The notes beneath the pieces are model-generated. The model saw only the letters and a list, made by a program, of their open reading frames with translations. It was not told the origin of the DNA and did no database searches. A stretch of DNA of 61,555 nt. It comes from Patescibacteria group bacterium (GTDB lineage Bacteria > Patescibacteriota > Saccharimonadia > Saccharimonadales > EFPC-124). Location: positions 1 to 61,555 of the forward strand of contig DATMOD010000029.1 in NCBI GenBank assembly GCA_035568355.1, in the 5' to 3' direction. Within the stretch, counting starts at the first letter, position 1, and each line of letters opens with the position of its first letter. The position numbers and the translations under genes were made by a program. Below, piece after piece: positions 46,438-56,670 of this stretch.

Positions 46438-47973
46438 CTAAGTGTCAAGTTCTGCATTCACGCGCTCTAATTTTAGTGCAGGGTAAATTGCTTTAGTGGT
46501 CTCATCTATATCATGGCGCAATTGAGGAAAAGGCACGCCTTCACGGGCAGTGACGCCTTCAAAGGCCCAGAAGACACGCTCGGAAAAGCCTAGACCACAG
46601 GCTGGGGGCATACCGTATTCTAGCATTTCGACAAAGTCGATATCTAACATCATCGCCTCGTCATCACCAGCATCACGCATCTGCTGCTGCTCCGCAAATC
46701 GTTCCAGTTGGTCAAGTGGATCATTTAGCTCTGAAAACAAATTGCATAGCTCCGACCCAGCAATAACTACTTGAGCACGCTGGGCTGTCTCTGGGCTATC
46801 GGGGTTGGTTTTAGCCAGCGGGCTAATAAATGTCGGCGTATTAACAAGCCATACAGGCCCGACTACATCCTTTCGGATGTGCTTCCAGAGTTTATCAATA
46901 CCGCGAGATTTGTTCTCGGATTTTTCAACCTCGAGCTTATTATCTTTGAGCGCTTTGGTAACTTCTTCTAGTGTGCAAGTGTGCGGATCAATATTATAAC
47001 GTTTCTTTATAGTCTCAGCGTAGTCCCATTCTTCCCACTTTTTGTTAAGATCGACATCAAAATTGCCAAGCTTAAACTGTAGGGTGCCAAATGTCTTTTC
47101 TAGCACGAATTTAAACATGGACTCTTGGAATGCCATACCCTCTTTCCAGTCTGCAAACGCCCAATACCATTCCATCGCCACGTGCTCTGGCAAATGCTCA
47201 TCACTATAATTCTCGTTTCTAAAACGCGGGCCAATATCGTAGACTTTTTCGTAACCTGCCCCAAGTAGACGCTTAAGTGGCAGCTCATGGCTAATTCTCA
47301 AATAAAAATCTTGCCCCAAGGCATCCATATGAGTCACGAAAGGGTTAGCATCAGCCCCACCAGTAGTATGTTCGAGGACTGGCACGTTAACTTCAATAAA
47401 ATCATGTTTATTCAGATAATCGCGAGTAGCCTGCCAAAATTTGCTACGACGAACAAAACGATCTCGCACCTCTTGGTTCACATTCATATCTATGTAGCGG
47501 CGACGTAGGCGCTCTTCTTTATTCGTAAAGCCGTCGTGCGCTGTCGGCATCGGTCGCAGGCTTTTAGCCAGCAGGCGCAAGCTCGCCACTTCTATCGAAA
47601 TTTCATCTGTCTTGGTCTTTATAACCGAACCATGGGCTTCAATAAAGTCACCAGCATCCAGCAACGGAAGCTGATCGAACCCAAGTTGGGAATCATCAGC
47701 CTTTAAGGCTTCTACTCTATCGGCACCCAAGAATAGTTGCAAAGTACCAGAAACATCTTTAATAACCACAAAGGCAATTTTGCCAAACTTGCGAATATTA
47801 GTGATACGCCCCACCACGCTCACCTGCTTGCCTTCTAGAGTGTCGAACTTAGAACTAATCTGCTCTAGAGTATGTGTTCGCTTTGAATCTGCCGGATATG
47901 GATTGACTCCTAGCTTTTTCAGTTCATCAAGTTTTCTTAACCGCTCATTGCGTAGCTCTTGTAGTGTAGCCAT
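46438..47973 (-). CDS. lysS: Lysine-tRNA ligase, class II
   Basis: Class II motifs are present. I moved the start to the ATG at 47973, which is preceded by an AAGGAG Shine-Dalgarno. Confidence 0.95.
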   Translation of the reverse strand: MATLQELRNERLRKLDELKKLGVNPYPADSKRTHTLEQISSKFDTLEGKQVSVVGRITNIRKFGKIAFVVIKDVSGTLQLFLGADRVEALKADDSQLGFDQLPLLDAGDFIEAHGSVIKTKTDEISIEVASLRLLAKSLRPMPTAHDGFTNKEERLRRRYIDMNVNQEVRDRFVRRSKFWQATRDYLNKHDFIEVNVPVLEHTTGGADANPFVTHMDALGQDFYLRISHELPLKRLLGAGYEKVYDIGPRFRNENYSDEHLPEHVAMEWYWAFADWKEGMAFQESMFKFVLEKTFGTLQFKLGNFDVDLNKKWEEWDYAETIKKRYNIDPHTCTLEEVTKALKDNKLEVEKSENKSRGIDKLWKHIRKDVVGPVWLVNTPTFISPLAKTNPDSPETAQRAQVVIAGSELCNLFSELNDPLDQLERFAEQQQMRDAGDDEAMMLDIDFVEMLEYGMPPACGLGFSERVFWAFEGVTAREGVPFPQLRHDIDETTKAIYPALKLERVNAELDT

Positions 47974-48175
47974 GGAACTCCTTCGTACACCCCGTATTCT
48001 ACCATAAAGCGCCACTAACTCTGGTGGACTCAACAATTCACAAAATACCGCTCTATTAAAGGTAAGGGTCTCCCTCCTTTAGAATGAGGCATTAAATTCT
48101 CGAAGACTGTCTTCTAGCAGAAAGGATTTTGCGTCAGTCGCTAGAAGAGTTGTTGTTTAGAATCTTTATCTGGCT

Positions 48176-48631
48176 TTAAGATATAGAAACAACTTCGTAG
48201 CTCATATTGCCGCGTGGTGTCTCAATCTCAACCTTTTCGCCAACTTTTTTGTCGAGTAGTGCCTCACCAATTGGCGATACGTCAGAAATCTTGCCTTCTA
48301 ATGGATCGGCTTCTACAGAGCCAACCACTGTGTAAGTAACTTTCTTGCCATCAGTTTTAAGCTCTACAGTACTACCTAGTACGACCTTAGAGGTCTTGCC
48401 ACTACGAATTGTAGTAGCGTTCTTAAGAATGTCTTCAATCTCAACGATGCGCGTTTCTACCCTACCCTGTTCAGTTCGAGCTGCATCATATTCAGCATTT
48501 TCGCTCAGATCTCCAAAATCACGAGCTTCAGCTACTTTTTGCGCTAGATCTACTCTTAATGATTTAAGCTCTTCAAGCTCTTTTTCAAGCTCCTGTTTGC
48601 CAGCTTGAGTCAATTGATAGGCCTTCTTCAT
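48176..48631 (-). CDS. greA: Transcription elongation factor GreA
   Basis: The sequence reads AEARDFGDLSENAEYDAAR. Confidence 0.95.
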   Translation of the reverse strand: MKKAYQLTQAGKQELEKELEELKSLRVDLAQKVAEARDFGDLSENAEYDAARTEQGRVETRIVEIEDILKNATTIRSGKTSKVVLGSTVELKTDGKKVTYTVVGSVEADPLEGKISDVSPIGEALLDKKVGEKVEIETPRGNMSYEVVSIS

Positions 48632-48755
48632 ATTTTTTCTCTTCTTTCTGTGATTGTCTTAGGATAGACTCTGTTACTTATTAACGTCTGATGGCCGAGC
48701 AGCTAACAGCAAAACACCAACATACAAACTTTTGTTAGGGTAGTATAGCACATAC

Positions 48756-50453
48756 TTAGAACCTGGCAAGCAGTTGATCGATATTATAGTTATCTGTCTT
48801 TTGCGAAGTGCGGGCCTTATACTCGTACATCTTTGTTGCCGTGAGCTTGTCGCTCACAACTACTCGATGCGGTATACCTAGAAGATCAGCATCTGCGAAC
48901 TTTTCACCAGCTCGCAAGTCACGATCGTCGTGGAGAGTCATTATACCACGCTTGGTCAGTACTTTGTAAAGCTCGTCGGCTTGTTTTACAACAGCTGGGT
49001 TGTCGCCAAGCTGCACAATGATCACCCTAGCTGGAGTAATGTTCTCTGGCCAGACAAGGCCTCTATCATCTGAAAACTTTTCTACGATTACGCCCATAAG
49101 GCGCGTAATACCTATACCATACGAGCCAAGATGCACGAATTGTTTCTCGCCTTTTGCATTTGCAACACCAAAGTCTGTATCTTTGCTTTTTTGAATTCCA
49201 AAATTAAAAATATTTCCGACTTCAGCAGACTTCAATACTTCATAGACTTCGTTAGTTTTCGGGTGCAAATCCCCCTGTTGAGCAATTTTAATATCATAAT
49301 ATTGCTTAGGCTCGGCAAAATCCCGACCCCAGTTAACATTAATGCTATGGTAATGCGTCTTATTAGCACCCATCTCAAAATTCAGGCGTTCAGCACACGA
49401 ATCATCAACAACTACTTGAACATCCTTTGGTAAATTGAGTAATCCAGCGTATCCAATTTCTGCACCCGTAACCCTTTTAACTGTTGCTTCGTCAGCTAGC
49501 TTTAAGCGCCCAGCGCCTACAACTGCCTGAAGCTTCTCTTCATTGATACGATGATCACCCCTGACCGCCGCTGCAATAACTTTTCCAGAATCCGTGCTAT
49601 AAAGCATGGTTTTTGTTGTCTTCTCAACCGGGATTTTCAGAAATGCAGCCAGCTCATCCACGCCTATTATCCCCGCGCCCTTTACCTCAGCCATAGGCGC
49701 TGTACTCTTATCGATTTCGACATAATGAGCCTTAGCGGGAGCGATCTCTTCGTTAAATGCTTCACCAGTGCTGGGTACCCGATAAATAGTATCTTCACCA
49801 GCATCACATATCGTTTGAAATTCGTGGCTGTACTGCGTAAATGCCCCTCCACTCGCAAATGTGATAAACGTGTCCTTGCCGATGCCCAAACGCTCGAACA
49901 CACGATTATAGGCCTTAATAGTAGCATCGTAGAACTTATCATGCTGTTTGGCGTCAAGGCTACATGAATACATATCCTTCATAACGAACTCTCGACCGCG
50001 CATGATACCACTTTTGGCACGAAGCTCGTTACGGAGTTTTGTTTGAAACTGATAGACACTAACCGGCAGATCTTTGTAGCTGCTTATATGTTGCTTCATC
50101 ATCTCGATGATTGCTTCTTCGTGAGACCACGCTAACCCTACTTCTGTTTCGTCTTTCAATTTCGTTTTAAACCAAATATCAACAACTTCATCATCCCAGC
50201 GCCCAGTCTCCTCCCAAGTTTCCCTCTTCTGGAGACTGGTCATGATAAGCTCTTGCCCACCAATGGCATTCATTTCTTCACGAACAATTTGTTTGATGTT
50301 CTCTTGCACGCGTAGACCTAGTGGAGTGTACGCATAGACCCCAGCCATAACTTTGTACACAAAACCAGCCCTAATTAGTAGCTGGGCGTTCTCTGCGACT
50401 TCATCCGCGGGCGCATCTTTACGCGTTTTAGTAAACAATTGTGACATTCTCAT
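48756..50453 (-). CDS. proS: Proline-tRNA ligase, bacterial type with an insertion domain
   Basis: It has class II motifs and the length expected for the form with the INS domain. Confidence 0.95.
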   Translation of the reverse strand: MRMSQLFTKTRKDAPADEVAENAQLLIRAGFVYKVMAGVYAYTPLGLRVQENIKQIVREEMNAIGGQELIMTSLQKRETWEETGRWDDEVVDIWFKTKLKDETEVGLAWSHEEAIIEMMKQHISSYKDLPVSVYQFQTKLRNELRAKSGIMRGREFVMKDMYSCSLDAKQHDKFYDATIKAYNRVFERLGIGKDTFITFASGGAFTQYSHEFQTICDAGEDTIYRVPSTGEAFNEEIAPAKAHYVEIDKSTAPMAEVKGAGIIGVDELAAFLKIPVEKTTKTMLYSTDSGKVIAAAVRGDHRINEEKLQAVVGAGRLKLADEATVKRVTGAEIGYAGLLNLPKDVQVVVDDSCAERLNFEMGANKTHYHSINVNWGRDFAEPKQYYDIKIAQQGDLHPKTNEVYEVLKSAEVGNIFNFGIQKSKDTDFGVANAKGEKQFVHLGSYGIGITRLMGVIVEKFSDDRGLVWPENITPARVIIVQLGDNPAVVKQADELYKVLTKRGIMTLHDDRDLRAGEKFADADLLGIPHRVVVSDKLTATKMYEYKARTSQKTDNYNIDQLLARF

Positions 50454-50569
50454 GATATTCTCCTCTGTTTAGACTGTTCAAAAATAAAACTAAATAGACA
50501 TACAAATCAGCGGCCGCCCGGCCGGGAGATGCATAACAAAGCTTAGACAGAGATGATTATATGAGTGAT

Positions 50570-51304
50570 TCATTTGAATAAAATTATATGATAAAAGACA
50601 ATAAAGGCCACTGAGTTCTTCAACATATGCAGTATAACACATGACCAGAGATTGTCAGTTCTCTCACGCAAATAACACAGTACCAGGCTAAAAACAAAAA
50701 CATCTATCTGCACATTCAAATGCGCGTGCACAGCAGCGAACAATAGGCTCACAGACAACGTAGCAATCAAAAGTCCAAATCGACGACGATAAGCTCGAAA
50801 CAAAAATCCTCTAAAAAGAGTTTCCTCCACAAACGGAGTCAGCAAAACTAGGACCACAAAAGCAAAAAATAATTCTATAGCCGATGGAGACACAAAGCCA
50901 ATATCTTGCGGTTGATCAAGGTTAACTTTAGTGATAATAGCTATAAAACTTACAGCCAGAACAGTTATTGCAACGTAGGCCACATAGGCAGTGGCGGTCC
51001 AACCGATCTGCCTCAACTTGATAGATCGATAGCCCAAACTACTCCAATTTAGGTGGTATACCTTAAATACCACCCAGAGAATAACCCCTAACACTAGTAA
51101 TCTCATTAGGATTTCTTCGACAGCCGTTTTAATATTAGCGGCCAAAGGCAATCCTTCAATCAACGGCAACATAGCCCCGACCCAAAACTGTGGTGCCAAG
51201 AAAGCCATAGCCCCCCAGAAGGTAGCTCCTAGCACCCCCCAGCCATCATTGGAATCGGCTGGCTTGTGCAAAATACTACTTATGTATGAGGCGCCCAATA
51301 TCAA
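50570..51304 (-). CDS. CPBP (CAAX/Abi) family intramembrane metalloprotease
   Basis: It has EETLFRG and a downstream His motif (FAAVHA). Confidence 0.8.
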   Translation of the reverse strand: MILGASYISSILHKPADSNDGWGVLGATFWGAMAFLAPQFWVGAMLPLIEGLPLAANIKTAVEEILMRLLVLGVILWVVFKVYHLNWSSLGYRSIKLRQIGWTATAYVAYVAITVLAVSFIAIITKVNLDQPQDIGFVSPSAIELFFAFVVLVLLTPFVEETLFRGFLFRAYRRRFGLLIATLSVSLLFAAVHAHLNVQIDVFVFSLVLCYLRERTDNLWSCVILHMLKNSVAFIVFYHIILFK

Positions 51305-52376
51305 CCACCGTGATTACTAAAACTAATGCAGTGAGTGTTAAGAAGCCAGCTATTTGGATAGTTTCTTCGCGCTTTTTTGTAAGCTTCAGTTTTGTCACCC
51401 TAAATAGCACGGTTACAAACAAGCGGCCGCCATCCAATGCGGGGATTGGTAACACATTCATAATAGCTAGTGTTAAAGAAATAATACCGATAAAGAATAT
51501 TACTGGCGTCAGGCCAATCACGCTGCTCTGTTGCAGTATGCTAAAAATCCCTATTGGACCAGCCACACTAGCACCCGCCTGTTTATACTCCTGATGGAAT
51601 AGATGAGCAATTGTAGAGCCCAAATTTGCAAAAGTAGCTACTGTAAATTGCATAGTAACGCCAACGCCAACAATCGGCGCCGACCAAGTTGAATGGTTCA
51701 GACTAAGCCCTTGATGGCTCGTTCCGATACCTGCATAACCCTCGTTTGGTACGCGATTTTTGTTGAGTTGAATATAGGCTTGTTGCTGACTGCCTTGGCG
51801 CACAAAAACTGCCTTAACAGTCTTACCCGCACCGGCCGCTGTAGATTCTACCAACTTCTGATTACTTGTTATAGATTGTCCGTCGATTTGCAAGATTTTA
51901 TCACCAGCTTTAAGCCCTGCTTTATCGGCTGGCGAACCAGCTACCACCGAAGCCGCTATAACATCTTGTTTGTTGGTAGCCGTATCACTAGCCACTGTAA
52001 ACTGATTATCTATTAGCTGCGGCATACCAGTCAAAGCTAAAATAGTAAAGATAACCACAGCAGTTAACCAGTTAACCACCACGCCAGCTAACAGAATTTT
52101 AGTCTTTACCCACAGACTAGACCCTCCATATGTACCAGGGCCTTCGGCTGAATCGTTCTCACCTTTAAGGCGCACAAAACCACCTAGCGGCAATAGATTA
52201 ATGGTAAACAGCGTGCCATTATTAAGCTTCTTGCTCCACAAGCGTGGCGGGAAACCAATGCCAAACTCTTCTACTCCTACCCCGTTGCGCCAAGCTACAA
52301 AAGCGTGACCAAGCTCATGCAATACTATCAAGCCTACAAAACACAGTAAGCCAAAGATGAGTATCAGTACTGCCAT
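51276..52376 (-). CDS. rseP: Site-2 protease RseP (M50) with a PDZ domain
   Basis: It has the HELGHAF zinc motif, a PDZ domain, and NVLPIPALDGG. Confidence 0.9.
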   Translation of the reverse strand: MAVLILIFGLLCFVGLIVLHELGHAFVAWRNGVGVEEFGIGFPPRLWSKKLNNGTLFTINLLPLGGFVRLKGENDSAEGPGTYGGSSLWVKTKILLAGVVVNWLTAVVIFTILALTGMPQLIDNQFTVASDTATNKQDVIAASVVAGSPADKAGLKAGDKILQIDGQSITSNQKLVESTAAGAGKTVKAVFVRQGSQQQAYIQLNKNRVPNEGYAGIGTSHQGLSLNHSTWSAPIVGVGVTMQFTVATFANLGSTIAHLFHQEYKQAGASVAGPIGIFSILQQSSVIGLTPVIFFIGIISLTLAIMNVLPIPALDGGRLFVTVLFRVTKLKLTKKREETIQIAGFLTLTALVLVITVVDIGRLIHK

Positions 52377-52942
52377 TAAATCGTCATAATCTCTATTTCT
52401 TTAGTTTTGGCTAGTGCTTCTATTTTAGTCTGAGCTGTGTCCATAAAACCATCAAGAGTTTTTTCTACTCGTTTTAGATCGTCTTCGGTGATTTGCTTGT
52501 CGTCTTTAGCTTTTTTAGCATCACGAATCGCATCATGTCGAATATTACGCAAAACGATTCGGCAGTCCTCTACTCTACTAGACAGCTGTTTGGCGATAGC
52601 CGCTCGACGCTCGGTAGTCAGCTGCGGAATTGGCACTCGCACGACTCGTCCGTCATCGCTAGGGTTCAAACCCAAATTTTGATTATCGCGAATCGACGAG
52701 ACAATCGCTTGCAAATTGCTCTGATCAAACGGCGTTATTTGCAATAATTGCGATTCGACAGCTACAACGTTTGCGGTCTGGTTGAGTGGCACTTTAGTGC
52801 CGTAAACTTCTACGGCAATTCCATCGAGCATACTAGCGTGGGCTCTGCCAGTACGGATTTTTTTTAGGTCGTCTTCAAAATGGCTGATCGTCTGATTTAT
52901 TTTGACTTCAAACAGTTTGGCGTCAAACATTAAGCCCCTCAC
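52376..52942 (-). CDS. frr: Ribosome recycling factor
   Basis: The sequence contains IRTGRAHASMLD and TTERR. Confidence 0.95.
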   Translation of the reverse strand: MRGLMFDAKLFEVKINQTISHFEDDLKKIRTGRAHASMLDGIAVEVYGTKVPLNQTANVVAVESQLLQITPFDQSNLQAIVSSIRDNQNLGLNPSDDGRVVRVPIPQLTTERRAAIAKQLSSRVEDCRIVLRNIRHDAIRDAKKAKDDKQITEDDLKRVEKTLDGFMDTAQTKIEALAKTKEIEIMTI

Positions 52943-53528
52943 CGATTTCTATACGCTTGAATTGGCGTACAACAATGTTTTCGCCAAGCTTGGCGATGCT
53001 TTCTTTAACCAGGTCACCAACTGTAGCCTCTGGGTTCTTAATAAAAGGTTGGTCCAGTAGACACTGCTCGGCAAAATCTTTCTGTAACATGCCACCAACA
53101 ATCTGGGGCACCATGTGTTCTGGTTTGCCTTCAGTCTTTACTTTTTCGGTAAACTCTAACTCTTTGTCAGTGCGCACTTTAGCCGGCACATCATTTGTGC
53201 TGACATAAACTGGGGACGCAGCAGCAATGTGCATAGCTATATCATGCACTAAAGCCTTAAAGTCATCGGTGCGAGCCACAAAGTCAGTCTCACAATTAAT
53301 TTCTACGACAACACCAATACGACCACTGTGTACGTAGCTATCGACTAAGCCTTGGCGAGCCTCGCGTTCACTTTTCTTTTCGGCTCTAGTCAGGCCCTTT
53401 TTGCGCATGGCTGTAAGGGCTTTATCAAAATCACCATCAGCCTCTGTTAGAGCTACTTTTGCATCAGTCAAACCAACCCCAGTTAGAGTCCTAAGTCGTT
53501 TTACTTCATCCAACGAAATATTGGCCAT
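52923..53528 (-). CDS. tsf: Elongation factor Ts, short form
   Basis: The sequence contains LRTLTGVGLTDAKVALTEADGDFDKA and CETDFVA. Confidence 0.9.
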   Translation of the reverse strand: MANISLDEVKRLRTLTGVGLTDAKVALTEADGDFDKALTAMRKKGLTRAEKKSEREARQGLVDSYVHSGRIGVVVEINCETDFVARTDDFKALVHDIAMHIAAASPVYVSTNDVPAKVRTDKELEFTEKVKTEGKPEHMVPQIVGGMLQKDFAEQCLLDQPFIKNPEATVGDLVKESIAKLGENIVVRQFKRIEIGEGLNV

Positions 53529-54248
53529 CTACTCCCCCTTTGTTGTTTCAGTGCTTTTACGCTGTGACACACCCTCTGATACTGCTGCTACCATGTAATC
53601 ACAAATCAATTGGATAGTTTTCAAGGCATCATCATTGCCAGGGATTACATAATCAACTACGTCCGGGTTTGCATTTGTGTCTACCAAAGCTACTACTGGC
53701 ACGCCCAATTTATGAGCTTCTTTGATAGCAATGTCTTCATTCAAAACATCCACCACAAATACAGCGCCAGGGGCACCGTTCATAGCTTTAATACCACCGT
53801 ATTTAAAGTTTAGTGCATCAATTTCTTCTTGAAAACGCTGTACTTCAAGCTTGTTGTAACGACTAGCAAGTTCACCGCTCTGCATGCGAGTCTCAAGATC
53901 ATTCAGATGTTTAATCTGGGTATTTACGGTCTTGATGTTAGTCAACATACCACCCATCCAACGCTCAGTCACGTATGGCATTTTAGCTTGTTCGGCAGCT
54001 AATTTTACGATGTCTTTAGCTTGGCGCTTGGTACCAACAAATAGGACCTGCTTACCCTTAGCCACAGTCGTGGTTATATATGGCAGAGCTTTTTCTAGAC
54101 CTTCAACAGTCTTGGTTAAATCAATAATATGATTACCGGCTCGTTTGCTGTGAATGTATGGTGACATTTTAGGGTGCCAACGACTGGTCTTGTGACCAAA
54201 ATGTGCTCCGGCAGCAAGCAAAGCTTTAATATCTATGGTAACTGGCAT
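53529..54248 (-). CDS. rpsB: 30S ribosomal protein S2
   Basis: The sequence contains LLAAGAHFGHKTSRWHPKM. Confidence 0.95.
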   Translation of the reverse strand: MPVTIDIKALLAAGAHFGHKTSRWHPKMSPYIHSKRAGNHIIDLTKTVEGLEKALPYITTTVAKGKQVLFVGTKRQAKDIVKLAAEQAKMPYVTERWMGGMLTNIKTVNTQIKHLNDLETRMQSGELASRYNKLEVQRFQEEIDALNFKYGGIKAMNGAPGAVFVVDVLNEDIAIKEAHKLGVPVVALVDTNANPDVVDYVIPGNDDALKTIQLICDYMVAAVSEGVSQRKSTETTKGE

Positions 54249-54363
54249 ATCCTTTTACTCCTTCACCCGCGCACGCCCCAAAAAGGGAGGATGTAAGCTA
54301 CGGGTTGTTTTATGGTTAAAATTTACTGCATTATTGTATCTGATACAGGGCTTTTTGTCTACA

Positions 54364-54475
54364 GCCTGACCCATATGTATATTTTCATAACCACGAGCTG
54401 TCTACTACTTAATATAATAATTAAGACTAGTGTTTCATTAAAGAGAGGTTATAAAAATATACATATGGGTCAGGC
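54364..54475 (+). mobile_element. MITE-like element, family 1, copy C
   Basis: The left end GCCTGACCCATATGTATATTTTCATAACC matches the reverse complement of the right end with 1 mismatch. The interior is ACGAGCTGTCTAC..TAAGACTAGTGTTTCATTAAAGAGAGG. Confidence 0.85.
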
Positions 54476-54608
54476 TTATAGTGTCTGGGGACTATGGGCT
54501 TTACAGAACATGACCGTGGCGCTGGCGCAGAGTCTTACTCATAATACAAGTAGACCTTGACATATGTCTCATATTTTTTCATAGTATTCAAATACTAATG
54601 AATGGATT

Positions 54609-55262
54609 ATGATGGCCCAACAGATCCCCGCGCCTTGGTGGGACGCCTATTCAAATATCATACCTCATGGTTATCGTAGCTTTATTGCTGCTGAGTCGCA
54701 GGCCACAGAGATGCAGCTCTTTAGCGCTTTGGTTGTGCCCGGCATTTTGCAAACTCAGCGCTATGGCGAAGAATGCATAGGCACCACACCGTTCCGCTTG
54801 TCTTCAGAGATAATGGAGCAGCTACTTGAGGTACGCATGAAACGACAGTGGCACACTCTTGAACAATCAAATCCGCCAAAGATAGACGTTGTCTTAGAGG
54901 AGCCCGTATTATATCGACAGTTAGGCGGGCCACAGATACTAAAAGAGCAACTGCGACATCTCCTCGCCCTTAATAAGCAGTCAAACATAACAATTCGTAT
55001 ACTGCCGCTAGAGGCAATGACAGTACTATCTTGGCAAATGGCAATTTATACGCTTTTCGTGAATAAAATTCCACATAATTCATCAATATTCTTTGAAGAT
55101 TATATGGGCGCCATGATAGAAGATAACACCTCGGCTGTAACTAATTATTATTCACTTTTATTCAGCCAACTCCTGCTAAAAGCACTGGATAAAACCTCGA
55201 GTGACGCCTTAATAAAGACGGCTATCAAATGGCTAGATACCACAGTAGCCGCTCATGACTGA
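54609..55262 (+). CDS. DUF5753-like domain protein (C-terminal domain of actinobacterial XRE/Scr1-type regulators) lacking the helix-turn-helix
   Basis: The blocks LVVPGILQTQRYGEE, RMKRQ and VVLEEPVLYRQLGGPQILKEQLRHL..NITIRILP follow the DUF5753 pattern as I recall it. Confidence 0.6.
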   Translation: MMAQQIPAPWWDAYSNIIPHGYRSFIAAESQATEMQLFSALVVPGILQTQRYGEECIGTTPFRLSSEIMEQLLEVRMKRQWHTLEQSNPPKIDVVLEEPVLYRQLGGPQILKEQLRHLLALNKQSNITIRILPLEAMTVLSWQMAIYTLFVNKIPHNSSIFFEDYMGAMIEDNTSAVTNYYSLLFSQLLLKALDKTSSDALIKTAIKWLDTTVAAHD

Positions 55263-56646
55263 ATATGCTCTACAACGCAGCGCATTGTTCATGGACTCGT
55301 GGCTGAAATCTCAAACAGAGCAGCACGATCTGCCTGGTTTTGTGGTTGGCGTGTACTACAAAGACCGCTTTGTGTTTAAACAAGCGTTCGGTATGGCTAA
55401 TTTGCAACAACAAGAAAAGCTGACTGTCGATCACCTATTTAATATAGGCTCCCAAGCAAAAATGTTTACAGCCCTTGCTATGCTTAAGCTTGTCGAAAAC
55501 CAAGAACTCAAGCTCGATGACCGCGTTGTACAATATCTGCCATGGTTAGCACAACATACTGATCAGAATTTTCGGCTCATAACGTTGCGACAGTTGCTTT
55601 GGCATGGAGCAGGCATGATGCGCGAAGGCGGTCAGGTAGACTTCTGGCAGCTACAGTCACCTTTCCCTGGCGATCAAGACCTTAAAAGACTCGTACTAGA
55701 CTCCAAGCTGGTTCAAACAAGTGGCGATAAGTTCAAGTATTCTAACTTGGGGTATGCCCTTCTAGGGCAAATTATCGCCAAAGTGAGCGGGCGTTCGTAT
55801 GCAGCTTACGTACATGAACATATCCTTGCTCCTTTACATATGACCACAACCGACGTCTATAATCCTGCAAATGAGTTTGCCACGGCGACAGCATATTTAC
55901 GACCTTTCAGTGGTAGTCGACCCGCCATGCCAAAAGCCGTGCCAACACATACCTTCGACTCTGCCACTGGTTGGTATAGTAATCTTGATGACCTTGGTCG
56001 CTTTGTAGATGGCCTATCCGGTAACACACCGCAGTGGCTAGACTCAGCCACGCTTGAGCAATTATTCACAAATGAGCGTCAACATTGGCTACCACCCGAG
56101 CAGCGCGGCACAGAATATGGGCTTGGTTTCTTTATCGAACACAGAGATAATCGGCGAATTGTAGGTCACTCTGGTGGTTTTAGCGGTTACCATACCTGCA
56201 CTTACGCTGATGTCGATAACAAGCTAGCGGTTATAGTTCTCGCCAACGCCAAAGATACACCTGTGTCACATATGGCTGAAGGCATCTTTGGTATCTATGA
56301 CTTTTTTGACGAGTACGCCACTCAGCCCCTACCGCCTAAACTACAGAGATGCAATGTTCGATTAATGAACCTCTGGGAGACATTCGAGATTGTATGCACC
56401 TCGAAACTTATAGCGTGCATCGATCCTAAAAGTTGGTCACCTTTCGATGACCTAGCAAAGACTCTGCAGATAATTGATGACACAACTTTACGCGTTATGA
56501 ATGATGATGACCTGTCTTATAATGCCGAGTTAGTAAAATTCTACTTTGATCATAATGATACCGTAACCCACGTCAACTACGCCGGCATAACCTGCGTACC
56601 CGAAAAGAGATACTCTCAATGGATAGCAAACAAAAAGATCACATAG
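55255..56646 (+). CDS. Beta-lactamase-family serine hydrolase (class C / penicillin-binding-like)
   Basis: It has SxxK (GSQAKMF), YxN (YSNLGY) and HSGG. It overlaps the upstream ORF by 8 nt. Confidence 0.85.
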   Translation: MTEYALQRSALFMDSWLKSQTEQHDLPGFVVGVYYKDRFVFKQAFGMANLQQQEKLTVDHLFNIGSQAKMFTALAMLKLVENQELKLDDRVVQYLPWLAQHTDQNFRLITLRQLLWHGAGMMREGGQVDFWQLQSPFPGDQDLKRLVLDSKLVQTSGDKFKYSNLGYALLGQIIAKVSGRSYAAYVHEHILAPLHMTTTDVYNPANEFATATAYLRPFSGSRPAMPKAVPTHTFDSATGWYSNLDDLGRFVDGLSGNTPQWLDSATLEQLFTNERQHWLPPEQRGTEYGLGFFIEHRDNRRIVGHSGGFSGYHTCTYADVDNKLAVIVLANAKDTPVSHMAEGIFGIYDFFDEYATQPLPPKLQRCNVRLMNLWETFEIVCTSKLIACIDPKSWSPFDDLAKTLQIIDDTTLRVMNDDDLSYNAELVKFYFDHNDTVTHVNYAGITCVPEKRYSQWIANKKIT

Positions 56647-56670
56647 ATTGATATGTGATCTTTTTGTTTG
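56632..56670 (+). terminator. Rho-independent terminator of the hydrolase operon
   Basis: The hairpin is AAAAAGATCACATA-gattga-TATGTGATCTTTTT, followed by GTTTG. Confidence 0.75.

Noticed and set aside
48037-48175. Possible T-box or leader upstream of lysS
   Set aside because: There are only short inverted repeats (CTTCTAGC..GCTAGAAG). I could see no specifier loop or T-box consensus. The region is more simply a greA terminator region plus an extended -10 (TGGTAGAAT) promoter.
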